Origin: Eledone cirrhosa
Lineage: Eukaryota
Direction: 5' to 3'
NCBI GenBank assembly: GCA_964016885.1
Contig: CAXHJY010000657.1
Coordinates: forward strand, 1-51,120
DNA: 51,120 nt
Shown: positions 1-22,431 of the stretch, one piece after another
Layout: each line of letters opens with the position of its first letter
Numbering within the stretch: the stretch's first letter is position 1
Notes under the pieces: model-generated
What the model was told of the DNA's origin: nothing
Database searches by the model: none
The model's input: only the letters and a program-made list of their open reading frames with translations
Position numbers and translations under genes: made by a program

Positions 1-2043
1 ACAATCTGAAATACTGTCAGCAGCAACACATCAACTTGACTGCCATTTCATCACTAGAGATTAAAAAACATAACCTCCAAAACAACATAATGTCCCTCAT
101 CAACAATCAGAGAAGAGCTGAAGAGGCCTGGGCCATTGAGAAGATCAAACTCAATCCCAAAGTGTTCTTTTCATTTGCAAAAAAACACAAAATCACTGGC
201 TCTACTGTTGGCCCTCTAATTGATGAAAATGGCACTCTTCAAGACAATGCTAAAACTATGGGTGAGATACTGCAGAAACAATACTGCTCTGTTTTCAGCA
301 ATCCTGATATGGCCGATCTGGGCTGTATCGGCGATGTTACTCCCCATTACACCTTATCGGACATAACGTTTGGCGCCCCTGATGTCTTGGCGGCAATAAA
401 GGAAATCAAGCATAATTCAGCAGTAGGTCCCGATAGGTTCCCTGCTTGTGTCTTGAAGGCGTGTCAACACCAACTTGCTTCTCCTCTTGCCAATCTGTGG
501 CGGAACTCACTGGATGCTGGATATGTGCCAGAAAACCTTCTATCCCAGTCTGTTGTCCCAGTTTTCAAAAAGGGAAACAAATCCCTTGCCGTGAATTACC
601 GTCCAATCTCACTCACCTCTCATATCATTAAGGTATTTGAGCGAGTGGTGAGATCGCGAATGACCCACTTCCTTGAGAGTAACAATATGCTGAACTCCAA
701 CCAGCATGGATTCCGTAATGGAAGGGATTGCCTGACGCAACTACTGCATCACTTTGATGACATTTTGAGAGCCTTGGGAGAGGGTTCCAACACTGATGTT
801 ATCTACCTTGATTTCAGCAAGGCCTTTGACAGGGTTGATCATAACATTCTACTGAGAAAGCTGTCCAATATTGGTGTCACTGGAAAGCTGCTGCAGTGGA
901 TCAAGAGCTTCCTGTCAAACAGAACCCAACATGTTGTAGTTGAGGGAGTCAAATCAAGCCCAGCCAAAGTCAGTAGTGGAGTCCCACAAGGCACTGTGTT
1001 GGGCCCACTTCTCTTCATCATCTATATTAATGACATCACTGACATCATCAAACACAGCAACATTAAATTTTTCGCTGATGATTCCAAGCTCCAAAAGGTC
1101 ATCAATGGCGTGGATGACCGGATAAGCCTTCAGTCAGACCTACTGGCTGTTACCCAATGGGCAGAAAAGAACAACATGTTACTGAACGAAGACAAATTCG
1201 AACTGATCCACTTTGGAAAAGAGGATGCTCTGAAACTCCGTACTCCCTTCCCTCCGGGGAAACTCTCGTGGCATCTAACAACATCAGAGACTTGGGAGTA
1301 ACCGTGGACAGCAACATAAGCTGGACCACGCATATAAGCAGCAAAGTTGACATGGCCCGCAGAATGTGTTCCTGGATCCTCAGAACCTTCCAGTCGAGAG
1401 ATTCCCGCACCATTATCCTTCTCTTCTCTACTTTCGCCCGACCACACCTTGAATACTGTTGTCCACTGTGGTCTCCCCACACGAAACAAAGTATCATGAA
1501 ACTTGAAGCTCCTCAAAGGGCAATCACGAAAAAGATAGATGGCATGTCAGACCTTGACTACTGGGGTCGATTGGAAAACCTGAAACTTTACTCACTCCAA
1601 CGTCGCCGTGAGCGTTATATTATCTGCATGATGTGGAAAATGTTCCATCATCACTGCCCAAATGATGTTGGCATCGCCTTCAAGATACACCCAAGGCTTG
1701 GGCCCCGTGCTATCCGTCCCATTCAAAATCTAAATCGCAACTCATAACAACAATACGGCACAATTATTTCACCTCAATCGGCCCTGCTCTCTTCAACATC
1801 ACACCAGGACACGTCAAAACAGAAACTGACCACACAAAATTCAAGAAGTCTTTGGACAAATTCCTCCAAGTAATCCCGGACAAACCACCCACACCCGGAT
1901 ATGTCTCCGCAAACAGTAATTCTGTTCTCGAATGGGCCATGGTGCCCAAATTCTGAATTGAAAGACTTCGCCAGGTGGTGCTATTAAGTTAGACATGGCC
2001 TGGGCCAATACTGGCCAAAACATTTCAAAGTTATTCAAAGTTA
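1..2043 (+). mobile_element. Non-LTR retrotransposon (CR1/Jockey-group LINE, family A copy 1): RT domain and 3' end, frameshifted, continues off the left edge
   Basis: ORFs 36-1301 and 1157-1747 carry RT motifs [37 protein letters not shown] and the CR1-type C-terminus RPHLEYCCPLWSPH...LYSLQRRRERY. Frameshifts near 1240 and 1728. Ends in (TTCAAAGTTA)2 running into (TA)n. Confidence 0.93.
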
Positions 2044-6562
<4,519 letters not shown>

Positions 6563-6592
6563 ATATATATATATATATGTATATGTATATAT

Positions 6593-6626
<34 letters not shown>

Positions 6627-6736
6627 ATGTACATATATGTATATATATATATATATATATGTACATATATATATATATATATATGTACATATATGTATAT
6701 ATATATATGTATATATATATGTATATATATATATAT

Positions 6737-7090
6737 GGGCCCCGTGCTATCCGTCCCATTCAAAAATCTAAATCGCAACTCATAATAAGAATACGGCACA
6801 ATTATTTCACCTCAATCGGCCCTGCTCTCTTCAACATCACACCAGGACACGTCAAAACAGAAACTGACAACACAAAATTCAAGAAGTCTTTGGACAAATT
6901 CCTCCAAGTAATCCGGACAAACCACCCACACCCGGATATGTCTCCGCAAACAGTAATTCTCTTCTCGAATGGGCCATGGTGCCCAAATCCTGAATTGAAA
7001 GACTTCGCCAGGTGGTGCTATTAAGTTAGACATGGCCTGGGCCAATACTGGCCAAAACATTTCAAAGTTATTCAAAGTTATTCAAAGTTA
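6737..7090 (+). mobile_element. Heavily 5'-truncated copy of LINE family A (3' 350 bp)
   Basis: Nearly identical to ~1700-2043. Tail (TTCAAAGTTA)3. Embedded in (TA)n. Confidence 0.93.
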
Positions 7091-12411
<5,321 letters not shown>

Positions 12412-12415
<4 letters not shown>

Positions 12416-12830
12416 TATAAGATCAAAAGATGGTTAAAGGAGTTCCATGTATTTTATTATGCGCATTTCAAAAACAAACATCATCATGCAATAATATTTG
12501 TGTTTTCACCAGATAAAATAGGAGAACATGATATGGAGGCTAAAAAACACTTGTGGATAGTGCAGTTTTAAATCAACATGTTGATTTAAAACTGCACTAT
12601 CCACAAGTGTTTTTAAGCCTCCATATCATGTTCTCCTGTTTTATCTGATGAAAACACAAATATTATTGCATGATGATGTTTGTTTTTGAAATGCGCATAA
12701 TAAAATACATGGAACTCCTTTAACCATCTTTTGATCTTATATTATGCATACTCCAGTGCTACAAACTGTAGAGTGCTTCTTATCCGATATCTGCATTGCT
12801 TTATTGTACTACAATAAAACTCACCTCCTA
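12412..12830 (+). mobile_element. Fold-back (palindromic) Penelope-type pLTR insertion with hammerhead and 3' tail
   Basis: Spacer-less palindrome 12412-12745 (167-bp arms, centre AACA|TGTT at 12578/12579, a few mismatches). Unique tail 12746-12830. (TA)n on both sides. Confidence 0.8.
12637..12707 (+). ncRNA. Minimal type I hammerhead ribozyme
   Basis: Stem I TGTTTTAT/ATAAAATA; CTGATGA 12645-12651; long stem II hairpin; GAAA 12688-12691; palindromic stem III ATGCGCAT; cleavage triplet AUA. Confidence 0.85.
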
Positions 12831-12882
12831 CATATATATACATATATATATATATATGTATATATATGTATATATATGTATA

Positions 12883-12933
<51 letters not shown>

Positions 12934-12948
12934 GTATATATATGTATA

Positions 12949-12981
<33 letters not shown>

Positions 12982-12996
12982 GTATATATATGTATA

Positions 12997-13029
<33 letters not shown>

Positions 13030-13042
13030 GTATATATATGTA

Positions 13043-13109
<67 letters not shown>

Positions 13110-13158
13110 GTATATATATGTATATATATATATATATGTATATATGTATATATATGTA

Positions 13159-13209
<51 letters not shown>

Positions 13210-13442
13210 GTATATATATGTATATATATGTATATATATATATATATATACATATAAATATATATGTATATATATATGTATGTATATATATGTATATATA
13301 TGTATATATATATATATATACATATAAATATATATGTATATATATATGTATGTATATATATGTATATATATATGTATATATATATGTATATATATATGTA
13401 TCTATATATGTATGTATATATATGTATATATATATGTATATA

Positions 13443-13482
<40 letters not shown>

Positions 13483-13483
<1 letters not shown>

Positions 13484-16190
13484 AACTTTCATAACTTTGA
13501 TAGTTTTCGGCCAGTATTGGCCCAGGCCATGTCTAACTTTATAGCACCACCTGGAGAAGTCTTACAAATCAGTGTTTGGGCACCATGGCTCACTCGAGCA
13601 AAGAGTTATTGTTTACGGAGCATATCCGGGTGCAGGAGGCTTATCCGGTATTTCTTGAAGGAATTTATCCAAAGACTTCTTGAATTTGATGGATTTTGTC
13701 TGCTTTGATGTGTTTTGGTGTAATGTTAAATAGTGCAGGGCCAATTGAGGTAAAATAATTGTGCCGTATTGTTGTCATGTGATGCGCGTGGGATTTTTGT
13801 CGTGGGCGGATAGCATGGGGCCCAAGCCTTGTGTGTACACTAAAAGTGATGCCAACATCATTTGGGATAAGCTGATGGAATATTTTCCACATCATACAGA
13901 TAATGTAGCGCTCACGGCGACGTTGAAGACAATAAAGTTTGAGCTTTTCTAATCGACCCCAATAGTCAAGGCCTGTCATGCCAACTATCTTTTTTGTAAT
14001 TGACCTTTGGGTTGCTTCAACTTTCATGATACTTTGTTTCGTGTGGGGTGACCACAGTGGGCAACAGCATTCAAGGTGGGGTCGGGCAAAAGTGGAGAAG
14101 AGAAGGACAACAGTGTGGATATCTCTCGACTGGAAAGTTCTGAGAATCCAGCAACATATTCTGCGGGCCATATCAACTTTGCTGTTTATATGAGTGGCCT
14201 AGCTTATATTGTTGTCCACAATTACTCCCAGGTTTCTGATGGTATTGAAGCCACTAGAGTTTCACCCGAAGGAAGAGAGTATGGTAGTTTCAGGGCATCC
14301 TTTTTTCCAAAGTGAATTAGTTCAAATTTATCCTCATTCAACAGCATATTATTCATATCTGTCCATTGGATGACAGCCAGTAGGTCTGACTGAAGGCAAG
14401 TCCTGTCACCCACCTCATTGATGACTCTTTGGAGCTTGGAATCATCTGCGAAGATTCTGATGTTGCTGTGTTTGATGATGTCAGTAATGTCATTAATGTA
14501 GATGATGAAAAGAAGTGGGCCCAACACAGTGCCTTATGGGACGCCACTGCTGACTTTAGCAGGGCTTGATTTTACTCCTTCGACTACAAGTTGCTGGGTT
14601 CTGCCTGTCAGGAAACATTTGATCCACTGTAATAACCTTCCAAAGACACCAACATTGGATAGTTTTTTCAGTAGAATCTTATGATCAGCCCTGTCGAAGG
14701 CCTTGCTGAAATCATGGTAGATGACATCAGTGTTGGAGCCCTCTCCCAAGGCTCTCAAAACATCTCCAAAGTGATGCAGGAGCTGCGTTAGGCAGTCCCT
14801 TCCATTACGGAACCCATATTGGTTGGAGTTCAGCAGGCCGTTGCTTTCAAGAAAGTGGGTTATTCGTGATCTCACCACCCTCTCAAATACCTTGATAATA
14901 TGAGAGGTGAATGAGATCGTACGGTAGTTCACTACAAGGGACTTATTTCTCTTTTTGAAGACTGGGACGAAAGTTTTCAGGGATATAGCCAGTGTCCAGT
15001 GTGTTCCTCCACAGATTAGCAAGAGGAGTTGCAAGTTGGTGTCGACACACCTTCAGGATACAAGCAGGGAACATGTCGGGGCCAACTGCTGAATTGTGTT
15101 TAATTTCGTTTATTGCCGCTAAGACATCAGGGGCGCCAAACGTTATGTCTGATATAGTGTGTTGGGGGTTAATATCACTGATACGGCCCAAATCGGCTAT
15201 ATCAGCGTTGCTGAAAACAGCAGTATTGTTTCTGCAGTATCTCGCCCATGGTTTTGGCATTGTCCTGGAGTGTGCCATTTTCATCAACTAGGAGGCCAAC
15301 AGTGCAGACGGTGACCTTGTGTTTTTTAGCGAATGAGAAGAACACTTTGGGGTTGAGTTTGATTTTCTCAATGGCCCACCTCTCTTCAGCTATTCTCTTG
15401 TTATTGATGATGGTCATCATGCATTGCTGGAGGTTATATTTATTTGACTCAAGCAGGGTGATAGCCATTGAATGTGTGTGTTGCTGTTGGCAGTATTTTA
15501 GTGTGTTAATTTTTTTGTTTGTTCTTTTTATTTTTCTGATAATTGTTTTTCTGATTTGGGGGATACTGCACTTAGTTTTGTTCACAGGTTTTGGTGGGGT
15601 GTGTTTTGTACATATATTTGTGACAGTGTCTACAAAGATCTGCCAAGATGTTTTGATGTTGGTGGAAGTGTGTGCGTGTGTAAAAGACCAATCGACATGT
15701 GATAGTTCGTTCATAATTGCATCAGTTGGTCCATGTTATCAAATGGGTGGGCGGAGAGAGGACTCTGGGATTGGCTTTCGGCTGGTGGAATCTCAGCTTA
15801 CAAAGAACCATGTCATGGTCTGAGAGAAGGGTTTTTTCTACTGTAATATTATGTATAGTGTTAGTGTGGTTACTAAACACTAGATCCAGAATGTTCTTCT
15901 GGTTGCTTGTTGGTGCAAGGACAAGTTGTGACAAGAAAAACTCATTCATGAAGTCAAGAAGTGACTCGACAGCCTCTTTGTCAGTGGTTGTGGCTGTGGA
16001 GCCTGGTTTCAAACTACATGTACACCCATCGACACAGGGTAGATTAAAGTCTCCCATCAAAAGTATGTTGTTAGAATGGCACTGTTTGATAAAGCATTTA
16101 ATACTGTTGCGGCATTCTTTGAAACAGATTATGGGTGTTTGTGGCGGCCTATAGAGCCCACCTAATGTGAGGTCATTGGCTTTATTGTGC
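13483..16190 (-). mobile_element. Diverged, 5'-truncated LINE of family A with partial AP-endonuclease and RT; multiple frameshifts
   Basis: Minus-strand ORFs: GLYRPP...LMGDFNLP...ILDLVFSN...SDHDMV (APE, 15722-16192). RT fragments 14534-15034, 14222-14527 and 13665-14171 are homologous to 36-1747. Similar AAAGTTA tail. Confidence 0.92.
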
Positions 16191-16311
16191 ATATATATAT
16201 ATATATTATATACGCATATATATATATGTATATATATATATATACATATATATATATGTCTGCCTTTCCAAGTCTTTCTCCCTAAGAAATTTACCTTTTA
16301 TATATATATGC

Positions 16312-16347
<36 letters not shown>

Positions 16348-16352
16348 TATAT

Positions 16353-16391
<39 letters not shown>

Positions 16392-16396
16392 TATAT

Positions 16397-16435
<39 letters not shown>

Positions 16436-16471
16436 TATATATATATATATATATATCATATATATATATAT

Positions 16472-16512
<41 letters not shown>

Positions 16513-16588
16513 TATATATATATATATATCATATATATATATATGTATATATATGCGTATATATATATATATATATGTATATATATGC

Positions 16589-16646
<58 letters not shown>

Positions 16647-16785
16647 GCGTATATATATGTATATATATATATATATATATGTATGTATATATGCGTATAT
16701 ATATATATATATATGTATATATATGCGTATATATATATATATGTATATATATGCGTATATATATATATATGTATATATATGCGTG

Positions 16786-16816
<31 letters not shown>

Positions 16817-16939
16817 GCCTATATATATATATATATATATATATGCCTATATATATATATATATATATATATGCCTATATATATATATATATATATATAT
16901 GCCTATATATATATATATATATATATATGCCTATATATA

Positions 16940-16985
<46 letters not shown>

Positions 16986-17039
16986 TATATATATATATAT
17001 ATATATGCGTATATATATATATATATATATATATATGCG

Positions 17040-17103
<64 letters not shown>

Positions 17104-17105
17104 TA

Positions 17106-17136
<31 letters not shown>

Positions 17137-17219
17137 GCGTATATATATATATATATATATATATGCGTATATATGTATATATATATATATATGCGTATAT
17201 ATGTATATATATATATATA

Positions 17220-17262
<43 letters not shown>

Positions 17263-17283
17263 GCATATATAAGTATATATGCA
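16191..17283. repeat. (TA)n array with blocks of TC, GCG and GCC interruptions
   Basis: Direct reading. Confidence 0.95.
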
Positions 17284-17405
17284 TATTAATTAAATAAGCA
17301 TAGTTGAGTAAATTAAACTGACCTTTGAGAGAAAATGATGGCACTTCTTCCCGATAAATTTAAAAGTCGAAATGAAACCCGTAAAACGGTCCTAATATTT
17401 TCTGT

Positions 17406-17467
<62 letters not shown>

Positions 17468-17599
17468 GGTGGGTGGGGGAGGGGAGATGGTGCATGTGTG
17501 TGAGTGTATATATATATATATGTGTGTGTGTGTGTCTTTTCATGCGCTTCTCTTTCGCAGCGTGACGAAATTTGTGGGGATGAGAAAGTCGAATATATC

Positions 17600-17760
17600 G
17601 ACCCAAGTTTTTGACTGTTACTTTATTTTAACAACCCAGGAAGGTTGAAAGACAAAGTTGACTGCATTGAGATTTAAATTCAGTATGTAAAAAGCATGAA
17701 CAAATGCCACAAAACATTTTACCCAACGCTCTAATGGTTCTGTGAATCCAGCGCCCTTAA
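17600..17760 (-). mobile_element. Old diverged SINE copy (same family as 28388-28569)
   Basis: Degenerate match: TACTTTATTTTAACAACCCAGGAAGGTTGAAAGACAAAGTTGAC...ATTTAAATTCAG. Confidence 0.6.
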
Positions 17761-17801
17761 CTGTAGTAACTATAAGAAATTCCTTTAAGGACAGACGATG
17801 G

Positions 17802-17856
17802 ATATTCCTTCTCTGAAGAGAATCTAACTAGACTAGAAACTGATCAGATGGAATAT
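17802..17856 (+). ncRNA. Degenerate type I hammerhead motif
   Basis: ATATTCCTTCT-CTGAAGA-gaatctaactagacta-GAAA-ctga-TC-AGATGGAATAT. Core and stem I intact; stems II and III eroded. Confidence 0.55.
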
Positions 17857-18147
17857 ATTTTTGACTGCTCACGGAGCAGTATGGCTATATATGTACGTTG
17901 TTTAAAAAAGCCTCAATTATATACAATAAGTATATGAGCATGTGTTTTTGTGTGTTTGTGTTTTGGTTTTAATTTTGCTTTACCAAGTTTTCTTCTTCCT
18001 GCTTTCAGTCTTTACACTGCGTCCATGTTTGGGCAACGCTTTGATTTATTCGATCCTGTTGACCCCAGAACTATTTTTTCAAAGAACTGATCAGTTTCAA
18101 GCCATAAACAGAGAAAGAGATAGCAATATAAACATAGGCATGGAGAT

Positions 18148-18172
18148 ACACACACACACACACACTCACACA

Positions 18173-18240
<68 letters not shown>
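18148..18240. repeat. (CA)n microsatellite
   Basis: Direct reading. Confidence 0.97.
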
Positions 18241-18241
<1 letters not shown>

Positions 18242-18603
18242 CTAAATATACCCATATGTGTATATAGATATATATGGTGGGCTTCTTTGATTTCCGTCTC
18301 TCAGATTCCACTGACAGAGTATTGATCAATCCGAGGTATTAAACCAAGATTTGTCCAAGATACCGCGCAACGAGACTGAGACCAGAACCACGTGTTTATG
18401 AACCACTCGCCTTAACAGCAAAACTATATCTGCGCTTATATATATATATGTGGGTGTGTATGTGTGTGTGAGTATATATAAATGTCATATGAGTGTAACA
18501 AGCGCACACTTTAAAAAATATGCATGTTTCATAGATATTTTTGGTAAGGCCAGTTACTCTCAATTACCAGAACTTGTACATGCGTCATGTAATTCCTGAT
18601 AAA

Positions 18604-18669
<66 letters not shown>

Positions 18670-18706
18670 AATTAAGAATGAATAACCAGTTTAGACTTAT
18701 AACTTT

Positions 18707-18796
18707 TACTCTACGAACGTTTCAATGTAGGACAGCCGGCTGTACCTCAATATATATACTGAGCCTTAGGCTGCTGCTCTACATCCTTCAGGAGTA
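18707..18796 (-). ncRNA. Hammerhead-like motif with extended stem II and one core deviation
   Basis: Minus strand: TACTC-CTGAAGG-ATGTAG...CTACAT-T-GAAA-CGTTCG-TA-GAGTA. Lies in a ~320-bp island (18667-18988) between pure (TA)n tracts. Confidence 0.65.
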
Positions 18797-18987
18797 TAAA
18801 TTGTGTTACAAGCATCCAAATACAAACATGCAAGAAGTGACATCATAATACAGATTATACGCATGGTATAAAAAAAACACCATGCCAAGCGTTATTACAT
18901 TTAAAAGCGACACAAGGTGTCAACATTGAGCTTCTATAATCTTTACTAGGACATATATTGGTAAATTCCAATATAACCTAACATATG

Positions 18988-19038
<51 letters not shown>

Positions 19039-19039
<1 letters not shown>

Positions 19040-19869
19040 TTCCTCTTTCTTCCTCTCTCTTCACTATTTTTTCTTTTCTTTCCCTCATGGCCTTTTGATC
19101 GATAAAAGGCTTTGGGCGCGCTGCTGATCGATTATGATGTTCTGTTTTAAGCGCCGAAACATCTACGATTGCAGTTAACAGCTGATGAAGGGTTTCTTCT
19201 CTTGTTTACGTCCATATTACTATCTTACATTTTGTTTACAGTAACCACACAGCCGGCTACGTTTCTTGTAATTTTGTATTTACTGCTGTTTTGGTCGATT
19301 TGTGGTCCCATCGCGTTTTATATCGACTCTCCCTCTCCCTTTTTTCTCTCTCTCGTTCTCTCTCTCTCCATCTGCTCGTTTTCGGCCGTGTTTCACATAT
19401 GTCGTAAAACGCTTTTGGATTATCTCTCTTTCCCCCTCTCACTTCCGGTTTCTCTGCCTCTCTCTCTCTCTCTACTCACTCTGCTGAGATCGCACAGAAA
19501 AACATCGCTCCGCAGTTATTGACCACAAGACTTAAGTCTAATCGGTTCGTTGTAACTTATTCCATTTTTTCCTAGGTTACTCACTTGCATGTGCCATTGT
19601 CCTATGACCCTCCTCCATTCGGTTTGTTTACTTCGTTTTTTCCTCTTTCTTCCTCTCTCTTCACTATTCTTTTCTTTTCTTTCCCTCGTGGCTTTTTGAT
19701 CGATAAAAGGCTACGGGCGCGCTGCTGATCGATTTCGATGTCCTGTTTTAAGAGCCGAAACATCTATGATCACAGTTAACAGCTGATGAAGGGTTTCTTC
19801 TCTTGTTTACGTCCATATTACTATCTTACACTTTGTTTACAGTAAACACACAGCCCGCTACGTTTCTTG

Positions 19870-19874
<5 letters not shown>
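19039..19874. repeat. Partial tandem element: ~235-bp direct repeats (19039-19273, 19639-19874) around a 365-bp core
   Basis: The repeats align at offset ~600. Each contains GCCGAAAC and CTGATGAAGG. (TA)n flanks. Confidence 0.85.
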
Positions 19875-19906
<32 letters not shown>

Positions 19907-19911
<5 letters not shown>

Positions 19912-20724
19912 TTAGTATATCTACTAACATATGCGTACAGATGTACGCTAATGCTAGCAAATACACAGGTTATGTCATAGAACCTAGGTGGTTCAATGCA
20001 GGAGGATGCAGAACAATAATATAAAAGACGTAAAATAAGAAAATTTAAAAAAATTTAAAAAATTAACTTACTTACTAAAATTTTCACTCCAACTAATTAG
20101 TTTCTGCAATGGGATAAAGACAGTTACGTAATCGAACTGTCGAGAATTCATTGCGTCATCAGGGAGTCTATTCTCAGCTGAGTCTCCAGGCAATGCGCGG
20201 ACACTGGGGACTCATATAAAAATAATAATAATTCGGTAGATGGAACAGCTAGCGGGGACTAGATTCCATGCACTGAAAAGCACGCTGTCTCTGATCAAAT
20301 GGCAAATTCTAAAGAATCAATCACGTGACACTGAGGCTAGTCGGTAGGAGTGGGATGGTAAGATGACAGAAGCCTACTATCACACCAATAAATTAGTAAT
20401 GGTTTTGGCAGGTTTGCTGGACAAATAAGTAATTTGGAGATAAATATAGAGAATTTAGTATATCTACTAACATATGCGTACAGATGTACGCTAATGCTAG
20501 CAAATACACAGGTTATGTCATAGTACCTAGGTGGTTCAATGCAGGAGGATGCAGAACAATAATATAAAAGATGTAAAATAAGAAAATTTTAAAAAATTTA
20601 AAAAATTAACTTACTTACTAAAATGTTCACTCCAACTAATTAGTCTCTGCAATGGGATAAAGACAGTTACGTAATCGAACGGTCGAGACTTCATTGCGTC
20701 ATCAGGGAGTTTTCTTATTTTACG

Positions 20725-20733
<9 letters not shown>
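19907..20733 (-). mobile_element. Retrozyme/pLTR-like element: two 261-bp direct repeats each carrying a hammerhead, plus a short inverted stub
   Basis: Repeats 19907-20167 and 20450-20710 (period 543). Stub 20711-20733 is the reverse complement of ~20020-20043. (TA)n on both sides. Confidence 0.8.
20086..20167 (-). ncRNA. Type I hammerhead ribozyme
   Basis: Minus strand: ACTCC-CTGATGA-cGCAATG...CATTGCa-GAAA-CTAATTAG-TT-GGAGT. Stem III palindrome ACTAATTAGT. The second copy (20629-20710) has GAGA instead of GAAA. Confidence 0.8.
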
Positions 20734-20768
<35 letters not shown>

Positions 20769-20770
<2 letters not shown>

Positions 20771-20918
20771 CGAAGGAATTGTGGTAAGGAACCAGATGGA
20801 CCATAACGCACCAAAGTACTCAATACTTGGTGTAGTAGAGTGGGTAATAGGAACTAGTATGACCCCGACGGCAGAGCTCAAGCCGTGTCGATGTCTATTT
20901 CTGGACAGAAATAGCCGT
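20769..20918 (-). mobile_element. Short repeat family P (pLTR-like 3' end with hammerhead 3' half) and a small 5' fold-back
   Basis: Homologous to 22497-22633 and 30635-30732. Ends in the CTATTTCTG-GA-CAGAAATAG inversion. Confidence 0.75.
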
Positions 20919-20927
20919 ATATATATG

Positions 20928-20998
<71 letters not shown>

Positions 20999-21031
20999 TG
21001 GAAAATGTGTGAGATCCTTGGTACAGTTAGG

Positions 21032-21207
21032 TATATTTGAAAAAAAGGAAACGAATGACTTCACTTGTAGTGTTAAAAATTTTATGATTTAATGTTATAA
21101 TATTATAATATTATGAGTTGGTAGATCCAGTCTATAATATTATAACATTAAATCATACATTTTTTAACACTACAAGTGAAGTAATTCTTTTCCTTTTTTT
21201 TTTTCAA

Positions 21208-21212
<5 letters not shown>
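21032..21212. repeat. Inverted repeat, ~76-80-bp arms with a 25-bp spacer
   Basis: 21032-21107 is the reverse complement of 21133-21212 with a few mismatches. Confidence 0.85.
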
Positions 21213-21238
<26 letters not shown>

Positions 21239-21319
21239 ATATATATTCTTTTTTTCCGGCTATTTCAAGTGTTAAACTTATATATTCCTTCAATGTAATG
21301 TCGTTTGCTTTGTTATTTC

Positions 21320-21399
<80 letters not shown>

Positions 21400-21401
<2 letters not shown>

Positions 21402-21757
21402 GTTATGTGTATTATTGGTTGTGTAAAACGGTACAATAAATTTTTGTTAGCAATATTAAGTTCTCCACGCTTTTGTATATCTCCAATTCCATTTATGGGA
21501 ACAGCTAGATGATGTAAAACGGAGTATTAGTATCAAAATGAAGATCCGAAGGGAAGGTATATGAGGGAATAAACTCTGTGAGTGAACATCGCTAATTTTC
21601 TCCCTCATATCAAGGATTTGAAGACAATTCATTTTCACCTGACAAGATCAGTGATAATCGATCAGGGCTTCACGATCGATCTATCTCTTATTGAAACATG
21701 TGAAGTGATTAAAATAATTGGAAATTTATACCTTGCCTTCGGATCTTCATTTTGATA
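21400..21757. mobile_element. Inverted pLTR-like insertion with a decayed hammerhead
   Basis: Arms 21531-21561 and 21727-21757. Between them, TTCAC-CTGACAA...GAAACATGT on the + strand. A minus-strand tail begins ATACTCC. Confidence 0.55.
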
Positions 21758-21779
21758 TATATATATATATATATATATA

Positions 21780-22431
21780 CTAAATTAAGATAGATTAAAA
21801 GAATTCAATCAGAATCGAAATTGTGGGTGTCATTCCTTAACGGAATGCACCATATCGCCCGGAAAATAAACTCTAGGACTTTGTAGGTACGAGCATTTTA
21901 TAATAATAACTAGGAATTGATCAACATATATATAAATAAATATAAACATGAAAAATCACAGGAGATAATTTTTACAAGCGTGTAACCACGCATGGCTAGT
22001 AGGTAACAAATGAATAAAGTTAACTAGAACTTCAAAAATATATACCTTTTAATGATTAATCTTCCCTGTATATATTTCATTAAAAAAATATATTTCACCA
22101 AATTAATCAGATGGTAAGTCACGGAAAGTGGATATTATTGGATTATCAACAAGGAAGAACAATATCAAGCGATCCATGTTTACACTTCGAGTCAAAATCT
22201 TAAACTGGCCGTTACCACGTGTTGATATTACACATCACAGCGGCTTCGTTTCAGTAGCGTGAATAGGTATTCGACAACTAGAAATAGCAGTCAATTCCCT
22301 TCAAGTTAACTTTATTTATTTGTTACCTACTAGCCATGCGTGGTTACACGCTTGTAAAAATTATTTCCTGTGATTTTTCATGTTTATATTTATTTATATA
22401 TATGTTGATCAATTCCTAGTTATTATTATAT
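21780..22431. repeat. Inverted repeat, ~128-bp arms (21899-22027, 22304-22431) with a ~275-bp spacer and a left-side tail
   Basis: Arm complementarity read directly. Minus-strand tail TGCTC-N17-GAGT. Confidence 0.8.

Noticed and set aside
12412-12745. Palindromes as amplification or assembly chimeras
   Set aside because: The arms carry independent mismatches in several cases, end at consistent element-defined points and coincide with ribozyme motifs. Read-level confirmation is still advisable.
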